Notes: generated by a model from the letters alone, not told the origin. DNA of 64,000 nucleotides from an uncultured Gemmatimonadales bacterium (GCA_963798845.1 CAWCUS010000006.1:736001-800000); one strand, 5' to 3'; positions 49,993 to 63,018 are shown, numbered from the stretch's first letter. Program-made: numbers and translations.

Positions 49993-51236
49993 ACGGGCGC
50001 CCCGAGAAGACGGGCGCTGGTGAGAGGGCCGGCGCCGCTGTGGTCGGTTTCGGCATCGTCGGCTGCGGCGCCATCGGCCGGTGGCACGCGAAAACCATCG
50101 CCGATCTCCCCGGAGCTGCGCTCGTGGGCGCGGTCGACAACGACACCTCCTCCCGCGACACCTTCGCCCGCAGGTTCGGTGTCACCACCTACGCTTCGCT
50201 GGCCGAGCTGCTGGCCCTTCCCGAGGTCCAGGTGATCAGCGTCTGTACGCCGCCGCTCGATCACGTAGCGGTCGCAACGGCAGCGGCGGCCGCCGGCAAG
50301 CACGTGTTGGTGGAGAAGCCCCTCGCGCTCGACCTGGAGGAGGCGGACCGGGCGATCTCGGCGTGCGCGAATGCCGGGGTCCATCTCGGCGTGGTGCATC
50401 AGCAGCGCGCGCGCTCTGCGAGCCGGGCGGTCCAGCGGCTCCTCCGTTCGGGCCGTCTGGGCGTTCCCTCCCTGGCGGTGGTGGTGCATACGTGGTTTCG
50501 CCCCGAGTCGGAGGATCTCTCGGGCTCCTGGCGGGCGGATCCATCCGCCGGGGGCGGGGTCCTCGCCGATCAGGCGATTCACGCCCTCGACCTTCTCGTC
50601 TGGCTGCTGGGCGCACCGCGCTGGGCGAGCGGCCGGATCGTCGCGAGGCCGGGCGGACGCGGCGAGCACACGGTAGCGGGGGTGCTCGCGTTCGATGGCG
50701 ACGTGATCGCGACGGTGGCCGCGAGCACGGTCACGAACGCAATGCGGGACGACATCGCCGTGGAGCTCTACGGCTCCCTGGGAAGCGTGCGCCTGGAGAT
50801 CCGCGATTACGATCATGCCGAGATCGCCTGGCTGGACCTCGCTTCCGAAGAAGGGCGCCGGGCTCGCCGGCTCGCCAGCGGCGAGATCGAGCGGATCGTG
50901 ACAGAGGAGGGAGGCGAGTGGCGGGGTGGACCGCGGGCGTGGCCCTGGCGCGCGCTCGGCCGCGCCGCGGGCGCGGAGCGGGGCGCGTCTCCGTTCCGCA
51001 GCGTCCGCGGATACCTTCGACGGCAGGTCGACCGCAAGGCTCAACGGGAGACCGGTGAGCTGCAGGGACACGCCGCCGTGCTGGACGCCATGGCGGCCGC
51101 CGCGCGAGGGGACGGTCAGCCGCTGGTCACGGGCTCGCAGGCCCGGACGGCGCTGGCGACATTGGAGGCCCTGCGCCGCTCCCAGCTGGCAGCCGGCCGC
51201 CCGATCGATGTCGACCGCACCGCCAGTGTGCCGTGA
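49989..51236 (+). CDS. Gfo/Idh/MocA oxidoreductase
   Basis: GIVGCGAIG, CTPPLDH, HVLVEKPLA, GGGVLADQAIHALD. Confidence 0.9.
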   Translation: MNGRPEKTGAGERAGAAVVGFGIVGCGAIGRWHAKTIADLPGAALVGAVDNDTSSRDTFARRFGVTTYASLAELLALPEVQVISVCTPPLDHVAVATAAAAAGKHVLVEKPLALDLEEADRAISACANAGVHLGVVHQQRARSASRAVQRLLRSGRLGVPSLAVVVHTWFRPESEDLSGSWRADPSAGGGVLADQAIHALDLLVWLLGAPRWASGRIVARPGGRGEHTVAGVLAFDGDVIATVAASTVTNAMRDDIAVELYGSLGSVRLEIRDYDHAEIAWLDLASEEGRRARRLASGEIERIVTEEGGEWRGGPRAWPWRALGRAAGAERGASPFRSVRGYLRRQVDRKAQRETGELQGHAAVLDAMAAAARGDGQPLVTGSQARTALATLEALRRSQLAAGRPIDVDRTASVP

Positions 51237-52360
51237 AGGTCGTCCATCTCATCGACCACATGGGCCCGGGAGGGTCGCAGGCGCTGGTGGTCGACCTGGT
51301 CGAGACGAGAAGCCCCGGGGTCGACGCCGGCGTCGTCACGCTCAACGATCGGGTTCTGCCGGGCTGGCGTCACCGCCTTCATCAGGCGGGCGTTCAGCTC
51401 GACGTCGTCGATATTCGCGCGGGAGGGCCGGCGGCCCTCAATCGACTGCGATCGCTGCTGGCGGAGCGCCGTCCGGACGTGCTGCACACGCACCTGGACG
51501 TGAGCAACTGCCTCGGCCCGCTCTATACGCTCGTGCTCCCCCGGCCCCGGCCACGCCTCGTGCTCACGCTCGAGAACGACCCCTTCCTTCATTATGCCGT
51601 TCCGGTGCGGCTGGCGTTGCGGGCGCTGGTCCCTCGGGCCGACGTCGTGGTGGTTCTCTCGCCGAGCCTGCGGGAGGCGGCGGGTCCCCTGCTGAAGCGA
51701 GCCCGGCGGATCGAGACGATCGCGCCCGGAATCGACCTCGGCCGTTTCACCCCGGGCGCGGTGGATCCAGAGGCCGTCGCGCGGCTGCGAGGCGGAGCGA
51801 CATCCGTCATCGGGTCGGTGGGAAGGCTGACGCGCCAGAAGGGCTTCGACGTGCTGATCGACGCGATGCCCGAGCTCCTCGCCGCCGACCCGAAGATGCG
51901 CGTGCTCATCGCGGGTGAGGGTCGCGAGCGGCCGGCGCTCGGGCGACTGGCACGCCGACTCGGCGTCGAGCAAGCGCTCCTGATGCCAGGATACATGGCC
52001 GATCCGAGGGTCGCCTTCGCCGCCATGGACATATTGGTGGTGCCGAGCCGGCACGAGGGGTTCGGGCTCGTCTTCCTCGAGGCCATGGCCATGGGCGTGC
52101 CCGTGGTCGGCACGCTGGTGACGGGATCGATGGACGCCGTGGAGGACGGCCGTACGGGGGTCCTGGTCCCCCCCGGTGATCCGAAGGCGCTGGCGGCGGC
52201 GATCGTCCAACTCCTCGCGGACCCGGACCGACGGGCCGAGCTGAGAGCGTCGGCGGACCGCTGGGTGCGCGAGCGCGGGTCCCGTCGTCGCCTGACCGAG
52301 CGCACCGAGGCGCTCTACGCCGGGCTGTGTGGAGGGACGTCGCGAGGGAGCTCCGCATGA
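51233..52360 (+). CDS. GT4 glycosyltransferase
   Basis: GPGGSQ, VGRLTRQKGFD, SRHEGFGLVFLEAMAMG. Confidence 0.92.
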   Translation: MKVVHLIDHMGPGGSQALVVDLVETRSPGVDAGVVTLNDRVLPGWRHRLHQAGVQLDVVDIRAGGPAALNRLRSLLAERRPDVLHTHLDVSNCLGPLYTLVLPRPRPRLVLTLENDPFLHYAVPVRLALRALVPRADVVVVLSPSLREAAGPLLKRARRIETIAPGIDLGRFTPGAVDPEAVARLRGGATSVIGSVGRLTRQKGFDVLIDAMPELLAADPKMRVLIAGEGRERPALGRLARRLGVEQALLMPGYMADPRVAFAAMDILVVPSRHEGFGLVFLEAMAMGVPVVGTLVTGSMDAVEDGRTGVLVPPGDPKALAAAIVQLLADPDRRAELRASADRWVRERGSRRRLTERTEALYAGLCGGTSRGSSA

Positions 52361-53889
52361 GCGGTCGGGAGACCCGCAGAACGGCTCGATACGACAGGGT
52401 CTTCGTCCTCGACCTGAATGGGCTGACCGTCGAGCTGTTGCGGGAGCGGGCCCACCGGCTGCCGAATTTCGGGCGGCTGCTGGCGCGCGGCGCCTGGGGG
52501 CATCTCGAGGGGCCTCTCCAGCCGGTGTCTCCTCAATGCCATGCCACTCTGTTCACAGGGAAGAACCCGGCGAAAACCGGGGTCTTCGACTTCTTTCGGT
52601 TTCCCGCTGGGGGCTACGAGCGGATCCCCTACGACCGTTCGGCATTGCGCGCGAAGCCTGTATACGAGGTCCTGTCCGACCGCGGTCTGCGCGTCGGTAT
52701 CCTCAACACGCTCCTCCTTAACCCGCCGCCGGCAGTGAACGGCTTCACCGTGGCCGGCGACGAGGGGATCGGGGATGTGTACGCGTGCCCTCCAGAGGTG
52801 CAGCGCCTGCTGGACGCGCGCGGCTACTCGGTTCCCTTCGGGGCATCCTACAGGCCGGGTGGCGAGCGCGAGTTCCACCGTCACGTGCTCGACTCCATCG
52901 AGATGCGTCGCGACGCCTGCCGTGCCCTGTTCGGGGAGAGGCCGTGGGACTTCGGCATGCTGAGCCTGTACGAGCTCGGCGAGATTCTCCACGCGTTCTG
53001 GCGCTTCTACGATGCACGGCATCCGCGCCATCGTCCGTTCGAGCAAGTTTTTGGCGGGTCCGATCCGTTGCTGGAGACGCTGCTGAAGCTCGACGAGCTC
53101 CTGGGCGAGATCCTCGATCTGGCGGGACCGGAAGGGCTGGTCCTCGTCGTCGGGGCGTGGGGCCACCGCCTCGAACACTCCCGGCTCTTCCTCAACGCCT
53201 GGTTGCAGCGGGAGCGCTACCTGACGCTTCGCCGGCGCCCGAAGGTGGTCCTCAAGCGCCTGATGTCCCGGACCGGCTTTTCACTGGCGACGGCGGAGCG
53301 TCTGGCGCGGCGTCTCGGGCTATGGAAGCTCTTCCACTACGGGATTCCGCGCGGACGACGCGCCGCCATGAAGCAGGCGGCCTTCCTCTCCCTCGCCGAC
53401 GTCGATTGGCGACGGACCCGCGCGGTGGCGACGGGCTACCTGGGCCAGATCCACCTCAATGTGCGGGGCCGCCGGCCAGCCGGCGTCATCGATCCCGCCG
53501 ACTATGAGCAGGAGCGAGAGGGGCTGCGCGAGCGGCTCGAAGCGCTGCGCGATCCGCGCACCGGAGAGGCGGTCGTGGACCGGGTCGTCGCCCGTGACGA
53601 GATCTATGGCGGGCCGCACCTCGAGGATGCGCCCGATCTCGTCGTGCACCTGAAGGACGGATGGGCGGCCCACTCCGACATGGACACGAGCGGAACCCTG
53701 GTCGGCGAGAGTCCTCTAAGCCAGTCCAGCGACCACTGGAACGAGAGCATCTTCCTGGCCTGGGGGCGCGGCGTCATCCCGGGCGAGTCCCGCGCACGGC
53801 TAGAGGATATCGCGCCGACAGTCCTGGACGCGTTCGGCGTGCCCATCCCGCCCGACTGCGACGGCCGGCCGCTTCCGCTCTTCGACTAG
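52357..53889 (+). CDS. alkaline phosphatase superfamily protein (phosphodiesterase-like)
   Basis: VLDLNG, TGKNPAKTGVFDF, IHLNVRGR, APDLV, SDHWNESIF, EDIAPTVL. Confidence 0.85.
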   Translation: MSGRETRRTARYDRVFVLDLNGLTVELLRERAHRLPNFGRLLARGAWGHLEGPLQPVSPQCHATLFTGKNPAKTGVFDFFRFPAGGYERIPYDRSALRAKPVYEVLSDRGLRVGILNTLLLNPPPAVNGFTVAGDEGIGDVYACPPEVQRLLDARGYSVPFGASYRPGGEREFHRHVLDSIEMRRDACRALFGERPWDFGMLSLYELGEILHAFWRFYDARHPRHRPFEQVFGGSDPLLETLLKLDELLGEILDLAGPEGLVLVVGAWGHRLEHSRLFLNAWLQRERYLTLRRRPKVVLKRLMSRTGFSLATAERLARRLGLWKLFHYGIPRGRRAAMKQAAFLSLADVDWRRTRAVATGYLGQIHLNVRGRRPAGVIDPADYEQEREGLRERLEALRDPRTGEAVVDRVVARDEIYGGPHLEDAPDLVVHLKDGWAAHSDMDTSGTLVGESPLSQSSDHWNESIFLAWGRGVIPGESRARLEDIAPTVLDAFGVPIPPDCDGRPLPLFD

Positions 53890-54884
53890 CCCTTTTCCGG
53901 TTCAGTGCGCGGCGTCGCCTGACCGATGGCCAGAAGTGCCTGCAGCTCGAGCACGCCGCCGACAACGGCGACGAGCACAGTCGCGCCCAGCACCAGCAGC
54001 GAGAGCGCAACGGCCTGAGACCCCGGGACCCCGTAGGGCTCCAGGGCAACCATCAGCCCGCCCTCGCGTACGCCCAGTCCCGAGATCGTGATCGATAGCC
54101 CGGTGAGCAGGTTGACGATGGCCCGGACCCATCCGAGCGTGATGAACGACAGTGAAAGCCGGAGGGCCCGCGCCAGAAAGAAGATCACCAGGGTTCCGGC
54201 CAGGTTCTCGGCGAGCGCGAAACCCACTACGCGGGCGCGGTCACGGCCGGAAAGCTGGCGATGACGCGCGGCGGCCGCGATCGACCTGGACAACAGGCCA
54301 TCCTCCCCGCCCGGCAGCCGGCGCACCAGCTTCCATCCATCCACGCGCGCCAGCACCGTCGCCAGCGCCACCATCAACCCGACGAAAAGGAGCAGGCTCA
54401 CGAGCGCGAGGGTGGTGGTCCCGCGCGACGCCTCCAGGGACACGAACACGGCGCCCAGCAGCGCCATCCCTCCCATATACGCGATGCGGCTGTACACGAT
54501 CGCCGCAATGGGCTCCACCGTTCCAGCGCCGGCGCGTGACAGCTTGATCCAGCGGATCGGGCCCGCGGCAAGGGTTCCGGGCACGAAGAGCATCCAGAAG
54601 CCGGTGGTGAAGTTGATGCGCACGATCCGTCCGACACTCAACCTCGACCCCTGGGCAGTCAGGAGCACGCCCAGCCGCGCGGCGGACAGAACCGGGGCCA
54701 GCAGCACGAACGGCACGGCGGCTACCAGCCAGCCGCGGCGCACCGACCGCACGACCATCAACACGGAACCGAGTGAGACGAAATGCAGGATGATGAGCAG
54801 CAGGGCTCCCGTAAGGGCCAGGCGCAACCCCATGCGCAGCAGACGCCGCCGCGCGGGCACGCTATCCTCCCGCCGAGCCGACAC
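53886..54884 (-). CDS. lysylphosphatidylglycerol synthase TM-like / UPF0104 flippase-like membrane protein
   Basis: multiple TMs, FVPG, ITISGLGVREG motif. Confidence 0.8.
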   Translation of the reverse strand: MSARREDSVPARRRLLRMGLRLALTGALLLIILHFVSLGSVLMVVRSVRRGWLVAAVPFVLLAPVLSAARLGVLLTAQGSRLSVGRIVRINFTTGFWMLFVPGTLAAGPIRWIKLSRAGAGTVEPIAAIVYSRIAYMGGMALLGAVFVSLEASRGTTTLALVSLLLFVGLMVALATVLARVDGWKLVRRLPGGEDGLLSRSIAAAARHRQLSGRDRARVVGFALAENLAGTLVIFFLARALRLSLSFITLGWVRAIVNLLTGLSITISGLGVREGGLMVALEPYGVPGSQAVALSLLVLGATVLVAVVGGVLELQALLAIGQATPRTEPEKG

Positions 54885-55992
54885 GATGTTGCTCGTAGAG
54901 CTCCACGTAACGATCGCCGACCCGCTGCCAGGAGAATTCCTCGTCGAGGCGCCTTCGCGCGGCCCGGCCGAGCTCCCGGCAGCGCTCGGGGTCCGAGGTG
55001 AGGCTGAGGACGGCCCTGCGAAGCTCCTCCGTATCGCGGGGGTTCACCAGCACGGCGGCATCGCCGACCGGCTCGGCGCACCCGGTGCCCCGACTCGTGA
55101 TGATGGCCAGACCCGCACTCATGGCTTCCATGAGCGCGACGGGGAAGTTCTCCCGCTCGGAAGGAAGGACGAAGATCTCGGACGATTCGGAGAGATGGGT
55201 GAGCTCCGGAGATCCGTTGTCCAGCCACCCGTGGAAAACGATCCGCGCTGCGTTCTGCCTCGCCTTGCGGCGCAGGGTCTCTAGGTAGGGCCCGTCTCCT
55301 ACGATATGGATCTCGTGGTCGAGTTCCAGGCCATCGACCGCTTCGATCAGGTGTTGCACTCCCTTGCGACGAAGGAGTCGGCTGACCACCAGGATCCGCT
55401 TTTCGCGCGCCTGGTCGATCCGGTAGCGGCCGGTGTCGAACCCGTACGGGATGGTGACCGTCTCGAGGTCGGGCGCTCGCTTCCGTGTGAGGGCCTCGAT
55501 GGCCCGGCTGGGACAGACGACCGCCGATGCCCCGCGCACCGCCCGATCCCACGCACGCCGCGACAGGAGATGCGCCAGCCGTAGCCGGTCGGGGTTGTAG
55601 CCCGGAACGTCCGACCCGTGAGCGGTGATCACGTACGGCAGGCGGGCAATGTCTCGCACCCAGCCGGCGAGCAGCCCGCCCGGCAGGATGAAATGCGCGT
55701 GGTTGATGTCGAACCGGTGCGTCTCCAGAAGCTCTCGCAGCCGCGAGCGCGCCATCAGCATGTGGTGGGCGACCTCCGGGACGCTGCAATGGTCCTTGCG
55801 GCGGCGTATGCTGCGAACTCTGTGGACCGCCACGCCATCCACCACCTCCTCGGAGGGGCGGCCCCGGAAGCCCATGGTCACCACGTGTACCTCGTGTCCT
55901 CGCCGCGCCAGCTCGCGACTCAGGCCGTGGACCACACGGCTTCCTCCGCCCCCCACCGGCGGGAACTCATAGCACAGCTGCAGGATCTTCAC
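54862..55992 (-). CDS. GT4 glycosyltransferase
   Basis: CYEFPPVGGG, TAHGSD, RLLRRKG, SERENFPVALMEAM. Confidence 0.92.
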   Translation of the reverse strand: MKILQLCYEFPPVGGGGSRVVHGLSRELARRGHEVHVVTMGFRGRPSEEVVDGVAVHRVRSIRRRKDHCSVPEVAHHMLMARSRLRELLETHRFDINHAHFILPGGLLAGWVRDIARLPYVITAHGSDVPGYNPDRLRLAHLLSRRAWDRAVRGASAVVCPSRAIEALTRKRAPDLETVTIPYGFDTGRYRIDQAREKRILVVSRLLRRKGVQHLIEAVDGLELDHEIHIVGDGPYLETLRRKARQNAARIVFHGWLDNGSPELTHLSESSEIFVLPSERENFPVALMEAMSAGLAIITSRGTGCAEPVGDAAVLVNPRDTEELRRAVLSLTSDPERCRELGRAARRRLDEEFSWQRVGDRYVELYEQHRVGSAGG

Positions 55993-56493
55993 AGATCGTT
56001 CACCAGGGGGTTCGGTAGAGTTGGACGATCGAGGGGACCGGAATGTAGTGTCGATCGCAGCCGGAGGCACCCACCGACCGGTGGCGCCGCCAGGGCGGGG
56101 AGCCCGGCGGCGCGCTCGCCTGCCCGGAGCGGGAGGGTGGTACGACCGCCCCGCGCGAGTCCCGGCGCGTCCCGCCCACCGACCAGTCGCGCACGCATCG
56201 CGGCCGGTGGTCGGGAGCGGGTCGCACAGCCCGGAAATCGATCAGCGGGTCCGGGCCAGCCGATACGGGGGGTCGGTTCGCGGCCGTGGTCGCCACCCGA
56301 CCGACCGATCGCCGGCGCGGATGGCAGCGAGTGGTCGTTTCCGGGCGTTCCGGCGCTACAGGACGCTGCTGCCCGCCCGCACCTGAACCGACGCGCATGG
56401 CCCCGTCAGGGCGGCGACGTTGGTCCGCGTGTCCGGGTCGCAATGTCGCGACGCCGGCGCGCGCTCCACCGTGCGCCGGCCCCGCTGCCCCGC

Positions 56494-58938
<2,445 letters not shown>

Positions 58939-59108
58939 GGAAACGTGAGTCAGGGTCGTGCAGTCCGGGCGCGCGTCCCACCGGGGCGCGGGCGCGAGGG
59001 TCGTGCAGGCAGTACGGTGGCCCGCGCTCTTCGGTTTCGCAGATCCCGGCTGCCAGAGTGCGGTTCGGGGTTCGCCGGGGGGTGGCGGCGGCGAGGAGAC
59101 GGGGGTAT

Positions 59109-59125
59109 ACTTTGTTGTGCAAAGT
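59109..59125. promoter_or_regulatory. palindromic operator candidate
   Basis: ACTTTG-N5-CAAAGT overlapping -10-like TATACT (59106-59111). Confidence 0.5.
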
Positions 59126-60358
59126 TCTCTGCGGAAGGAAACGGTCGAACACTACGACGTCACGATCGTCGGGGCAGGGCTCGCCGGGCTCGTTGCGGCG
59201 GGAGACCTGGGGCGACGGGGCGCCCGCGTGCTGCTGGTGGATGCACGCCCGGCCGTGGACCGATCCGTCCATACCACGGGCATCTTCGTTCGCCGGACGC
59301 TGGAGGACTTTCGTCCTCCGGAAGACTGCGTGGGCCCGGGGATCCGCCGGGTGGTGCTGCATTCCCCCGCGGGACGGCTGTTGGCCTTGACTGCGTCCGC
59401 GGATGAGTTCCGGGTAGGGCGGATGCGTCGGCTGTACCGTCGCCTGCTGGAGGAGGCGCGCGGACTCGGGGTGGAGTACCGGCCGGGAACGCGCTACGTC
59501 GGTTCCGAGGCTGGCGCGCGAGGGAGCGTGGCGAGGCTGGAGCGGCGGGGGCGGGTGGCCCGGGTGCGCACGTTGCTGCTGGTGGGGGCAGACGGCGCGC
59601 GCTCGCGTGTGGCGCGGGACCTGGGTCTGGACGAGAACCGCCGGTGGATCGTCGGGGTCGAGGATGTCTTCGAGGGTACGCTCGGCCCGGCGGAGCCCGA
59701 GCTGCACTGCATCGTGGATCCGCGCCTCGCGCCCGGGTACATCGCCTGGCTGGCGGACGATGGGGAGTCGGTGCACGTGGGGGTTGGCGGAATTCCCGCG
59801 CGCTTCGAGCCGGCCGCGGCGCTTGCGGCGCTGTACGCCCGGCTCGAGTGCGACCCCGAGCTTGCGCGGGTGCGCACGCTACGCCGCCAGGAGCGGCGCG
59901 GAGGGCGGATTCCGGTGGGCGGCCTGCTGCGGCGGATCGGGTGTGCGCGCGGTCTTCTGATCGGCGATGCCGCCGGGGCTGTGTCGCCCCTCACGGCGGG
60001 AGGGCTGGACCCCTGCTATCGGTTGACGCGTCTGGCGGCGGCAAGGATCGCCTCAGTGCTGGAGGGGGCTCCGCCGGCGCTGCTGGAGACGTACTCCGGC
60101 AGTCCGTTCCAGCGCCACTTCAGCAGGCGACGATGGACCCGGCGGGCGCTCGAGGCCGTCCGTCAACCGGCGCTGGCCGAGGCCGCCTGCGGCCTTCTGC
60201 GCACGCGGCCCGGGCGGAAGCTGGCGGCGCGGGTGTTCTTCGGCCGTGGCTCCTTTCCGGACGTGGATCCGGCGGGGCCGGCGCTCGCCGGCGGCATGGG
60301 CCCACAACCGCGGAGTTCCTGCATCACCACCCCATCTGGCGCATCCTCCCTTCGATGA
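59117..60358 (+). CDS. FAD-dependent oxidoreductase, geranylgeranyl reductase-like
   Basis: DVTIVGAGLAG, VGADGARSRVA, PGYIAW, IGDAAGAVSPLTAGG; start uncertain. Confidence 0.85.
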   Translation: MQSSLRKETVEHYDVTIVGAGLAGLVAAGDLGRRGARVLLVDARPAVDRSVHTTGIFVRRTLEDFRPPEDCVGPGIRRVVLHSPAGRLLALTASADEFRVGRMRRLYRRLLEEARGLGVEYRPGTRYVGSEAGARGSVARLERRGRVARVRTLLLVGADGARSRVARDLGLDENRRWIVGVEDVFEGTLGPAEPELHCIVDPRLAPGYIAWLADDGESVHVGVGGIPARFEPAAALAALYARLECDPELARVRTLRRQERRGGRIPVGGLLRRIGCARGLLIGDAAGAVSPLTAGGLDPCYRLTRLAAARIASVLEGAPPALLETYSGSPFQRHFSRRRWTRRALEAVRQPALAEAACGLLRTRPGRKLAARVFFGRGSFPDVDPAGPALAGGMGPQPRSSCITTPSGASSLR

Positions 60359-61043
60359 TCCTCGCGTACCATCCCATGCGTCCGGGGGTGCGGTGGAGCG
60401 GGGCAGGGAGCACGGCGGCGAGGCTCGCGGCCTGGTGGCGGGAGACCCGCGCGGCGTCGATGCCGTAGTAGTGGTGCGCGGCCGCCTGGGCGCCGAAGAT
60501 GCCGGGGCCGAGCTCGACCACGTTGACGTACAGCTCGACGATCCTGTGCTTTCCGAGGATCCACTCCGCCGGAAGCGTGAGGCCCCATTCGTACAGCTTC
60601 CGCACGGGGTTGCGGTGGGTTGTGAAGTACAGGTTCTTGATCAGTTGCTGCGTGAGCGTCGACGCGCCTCTCATCGGCCGTCCTCGCGCCTTCGCTTCCC
60701 GCCTCGCCTTCCGCAGCTCCACCCAGTCGAAGCCGTGATGCCGGTAGAAGCGCGCATCCTCCGCCGCCACTACCGCGTGCGGCAACGCCGACGACATCCG
60801 GTCGAGAGATCGCCAGTGATACACCCGCACCGGCCGCTCCCCGTGGACGATCCGCTCCACGCTCCGCTGGACCTGGACCGCCGTGGCCACCGGCGGCAGG
60901 AATCGGAGATAGACGAGGCCGAGGACACAGAGGAAGTAGTACGCCACCGGCACGAGGGCGACGACGAGGATCCCCCGGCGGAGGTGCCGCGCCCGCCTCC
61001 GTGGCCGCGCGCTCGTCCTGGCTGTGTCTGTCATGCTCGACAT
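60324..61043 (-). CDS. mtgA: monofunctional peptidoglycan transglycosylase
   Basis: AEDARFYRHHGFD, RGASTLTQQLIKNL, KHRIVELYVN, AAVLPAP. Confidence 0.9.
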   Translation of the reverse strand: MSSMTDTARTSARPRRRARHLRRGILVVALVPVAYYFLCVLGLVYLRFLPPVATAVQVQRSVERIVHGERPVRVYHWRSLDRMSSALPHAVVAAEDARFYRHHGFDWVELRKARREAKARGRPMRGASTLTQQLIKNLYFTTHRNPVRKLYEWGLTLPAEWILGKHRIVELYVNVVELGPGIFGAQAAAHHYYGIDAARVSRHQAASLAAVLPAPLHRTPGRMGWYARIIEGRMRQMGW

Positions 61044-61248
61044 CTCGGCGCCTGGCGTCCGCAAGGTGGAGGCCGTCCCTTGCCGGGACGGTCGAGGCGT
61101 TCACAGGTTACTCGGCGTCGCCGCAGGGGCATCCCGCCTCCGGGGCGAGGGCGATCAACCGACTGCATCGGCCACCATGCTGCATCGCCACCCATCCTCG
61201 ACGAAAGAGTCCGGGCGCCGCCGATCGCGGGCCGCCGGGGCGCCGGAC

Positions 61249-62166
61249 GTGACCGGGACCCTGCGTCGCACCCTGTTGGCGTTCTTCTGCGTCGTGTCCA
61301 TCACCTCACCGGCGCGGGGACAGATCCTCCCGGAGGAGCGGCCGGGGGCGCCGCGATATCCGGGCTCGCTGCCCTTCTTCTACGACCTGTACACGTTCCG
61401 CGGCGAACACGGCGAGACGCTGGTGGTGGCGGCGGTGGCCGTGGCGGCGCGCTGGCTCGAGCGAAAGGAGGTCCACGGCGAGGATGTGTACCGCTTCGAC
61501 CTTTCGTTCGTTCTGGCCGATACCACCACCCGCGCCGTCTTCAGGAGCGACGACACGGTTTCCGTGGCGGCCGCCGCCGACCTCCCGGACGAGCACCTGC
61601 TGTACACGCAGGTGGCGGTCGAGGCGCCGCCGTCGGCCAGCATGGTCCAGCGCCTGGTCATGACGGATCCGAACGAGGTCGGGGTGGGGCAGCTCTACGA
61701 CTCCGCGTTCCCGATCCCCGACTACGGCGGCGACACCCTGATGCTCAGCGACATCGCCCTCGGGCAGGCCGACCCGACCGGTGGCCTCGCTCGCGGCGGA
61801 GATACGGTGGCCATCCTGCCCCTCGCACGCTTCCCGCAGAGCGCGCTCGACCTGTACTACGAGATCTACAACATGCCGCCGCTCGAGGAATACGCCACGG
61901 AGATCACCTTCCAGCCGATCGACGAAGCCGGCCAACCCGACGACGCGGCGGTGGGTGTCCGGTTCGAAGCCCGCTCATCCGCCGCAGCGGACCGGACCGT
62001 CCGCGAGCTGCGGGCCATCGCCGCCGACCTGGACGACGGGCTCTACCGGCTCACCGTGGCCGTACGCGTCGCCCGGACCGGTGCTGCGGCGAGCCGCTCT
62101 CGCGACTTCGAAGTCCGGAGAGGCGGGGCGGACGCGACGCTGGTGATCGCGCTCCCACGGCGTTAG
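61249..62166 (+). CDS. hypothetical secreted protein
   Basis: signal peptide (ARG-Q), LMLSDIAL, LYYEIYN, GLYRLTVAV, resembling domains that follow GWxTD modules. Confidence 0.65.
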   Translation: MTGTLRRTLLAFFCVVSITSPARGQILPEERPGAPRYPGSLPFFYDLYTFRGEHGETLVVAAVAVAARWLERKEVHGEDVYRFDLSFVLADTTTRAVFRSDDTVSVAAAADLPDEHLLYTQVAVEAPPSASMVQRLVMTDPNEVGVGQLYDSAFPIPDYGGDTLMLSDIALGQADPTGGLARGGDTVAILPLARFPQSALDLYYEIYNMPPLEEYATEITFQPIDEAGQPDDAAVGVRFEARSSAAADRTVRELRAIAADLDDGLYRLTVAVRVARTGAAASRSRDFEVRRGGADATLVIALPRR

Positions 62167-62403
62167 CCGCCGACGGCCTATCCGCACGCGCCGGCCGCGC
62201 TGCTGCCCGGCCGCCCCAACAGAAAGGTGCGGGGGCGGCGAAAAACAGTTCGCACCTCGCCCCCGGGTGGACCCGGCGCGCAGCGTCAAGAGTCCCGCTA
62301 TCGCCCTGTGCGGCATGGAGATGGGCGCCTCGTGGGCGCCGCCCTACGGATGAAGAACGCGTCTTGCCGTGAATTCCCGCCGCACCCCCGGGAGGTGAGG
62401 CGC

Positions 62404-63018
62404 ATGACCCCACGCATTCGCAGGGGACGGGTTCCACCGGAGATGGAGGATCGACTCCACGTCGCGGCGATCGTGGCAGCGCAACGGGCGATGGACGAGC
62501 ACGTGCGCTCCGCGGTCGAGCTGGTGGAGGAGGGCGCGGACCGGGCTCCCATCGAGCGGCTCCTCGCGGCGTACGGCCGGCTCCACCACATGGATGGCAA
62601 GGAGTCGCGCCAGTTGCGCGAGCGTGCCTTGGCCACGCTCGGCCGGAGCGCGACGGAGCTGGGCTCGCTGTCCGGTCCGCGCTCACTCTTCGCCCGCGCC
62701 CGCCGCCGTCTCAGGGGGCGGACGAACCCCGAGCTCCGCTCGTGGGTGGAGCGGCATACGGCCAGGGCGGAGCTGGCGGTGCTGGACATCCACGTCGAAA
62801 AGGCACTCGAGATGGTCCGGCTCGCCGAAGAGCATGTTGCGCCGAAGGACGCCGTGGCGCTCTACGCCGAGATGCTCGCGCTCAGGCCCGCAGTCGCCGA
62901 GATGGTCGAGCTGCGGGTGCTGAAAGCGCTTTACGAGAGGGAGAGCGGCCACGTGGAGCCGCTTCGAGCCGACGGAGCCACGCCGATCGGGCTGCGGATG
63001 GCGGACAACCAGCGCTGA
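62404..63018 (+). CDS. hypothetical alpha-helical protein
   Basis: strong RBS GGAGGTG; 204 aa; no recognised motif. Confidence 0.7.
   Translation: MTPRIRRGRVPPEMEDRLHVAAIVAAQRAMDEHVRSAVELVEEGADRAPIERLLAAYGRLHHMDGKESRQLRERALATLGRSATELGSLSGPRSLFARARRRLRGRTNPELRSWVERHTARAELAVLDIHVEKALEMVRLAEEHVAPKDAVALYAEMLALRPAVAEMVELRVLKALYERESGHVEPLRADGATPIGLRMADNQR

Noticed and set aside
55993..56493. 500-bp intergenic gap as ncRNA or island end
   Set aside because: GC-rich hairpins only; no recognisable RNA family or convincing tRNA-end repeat
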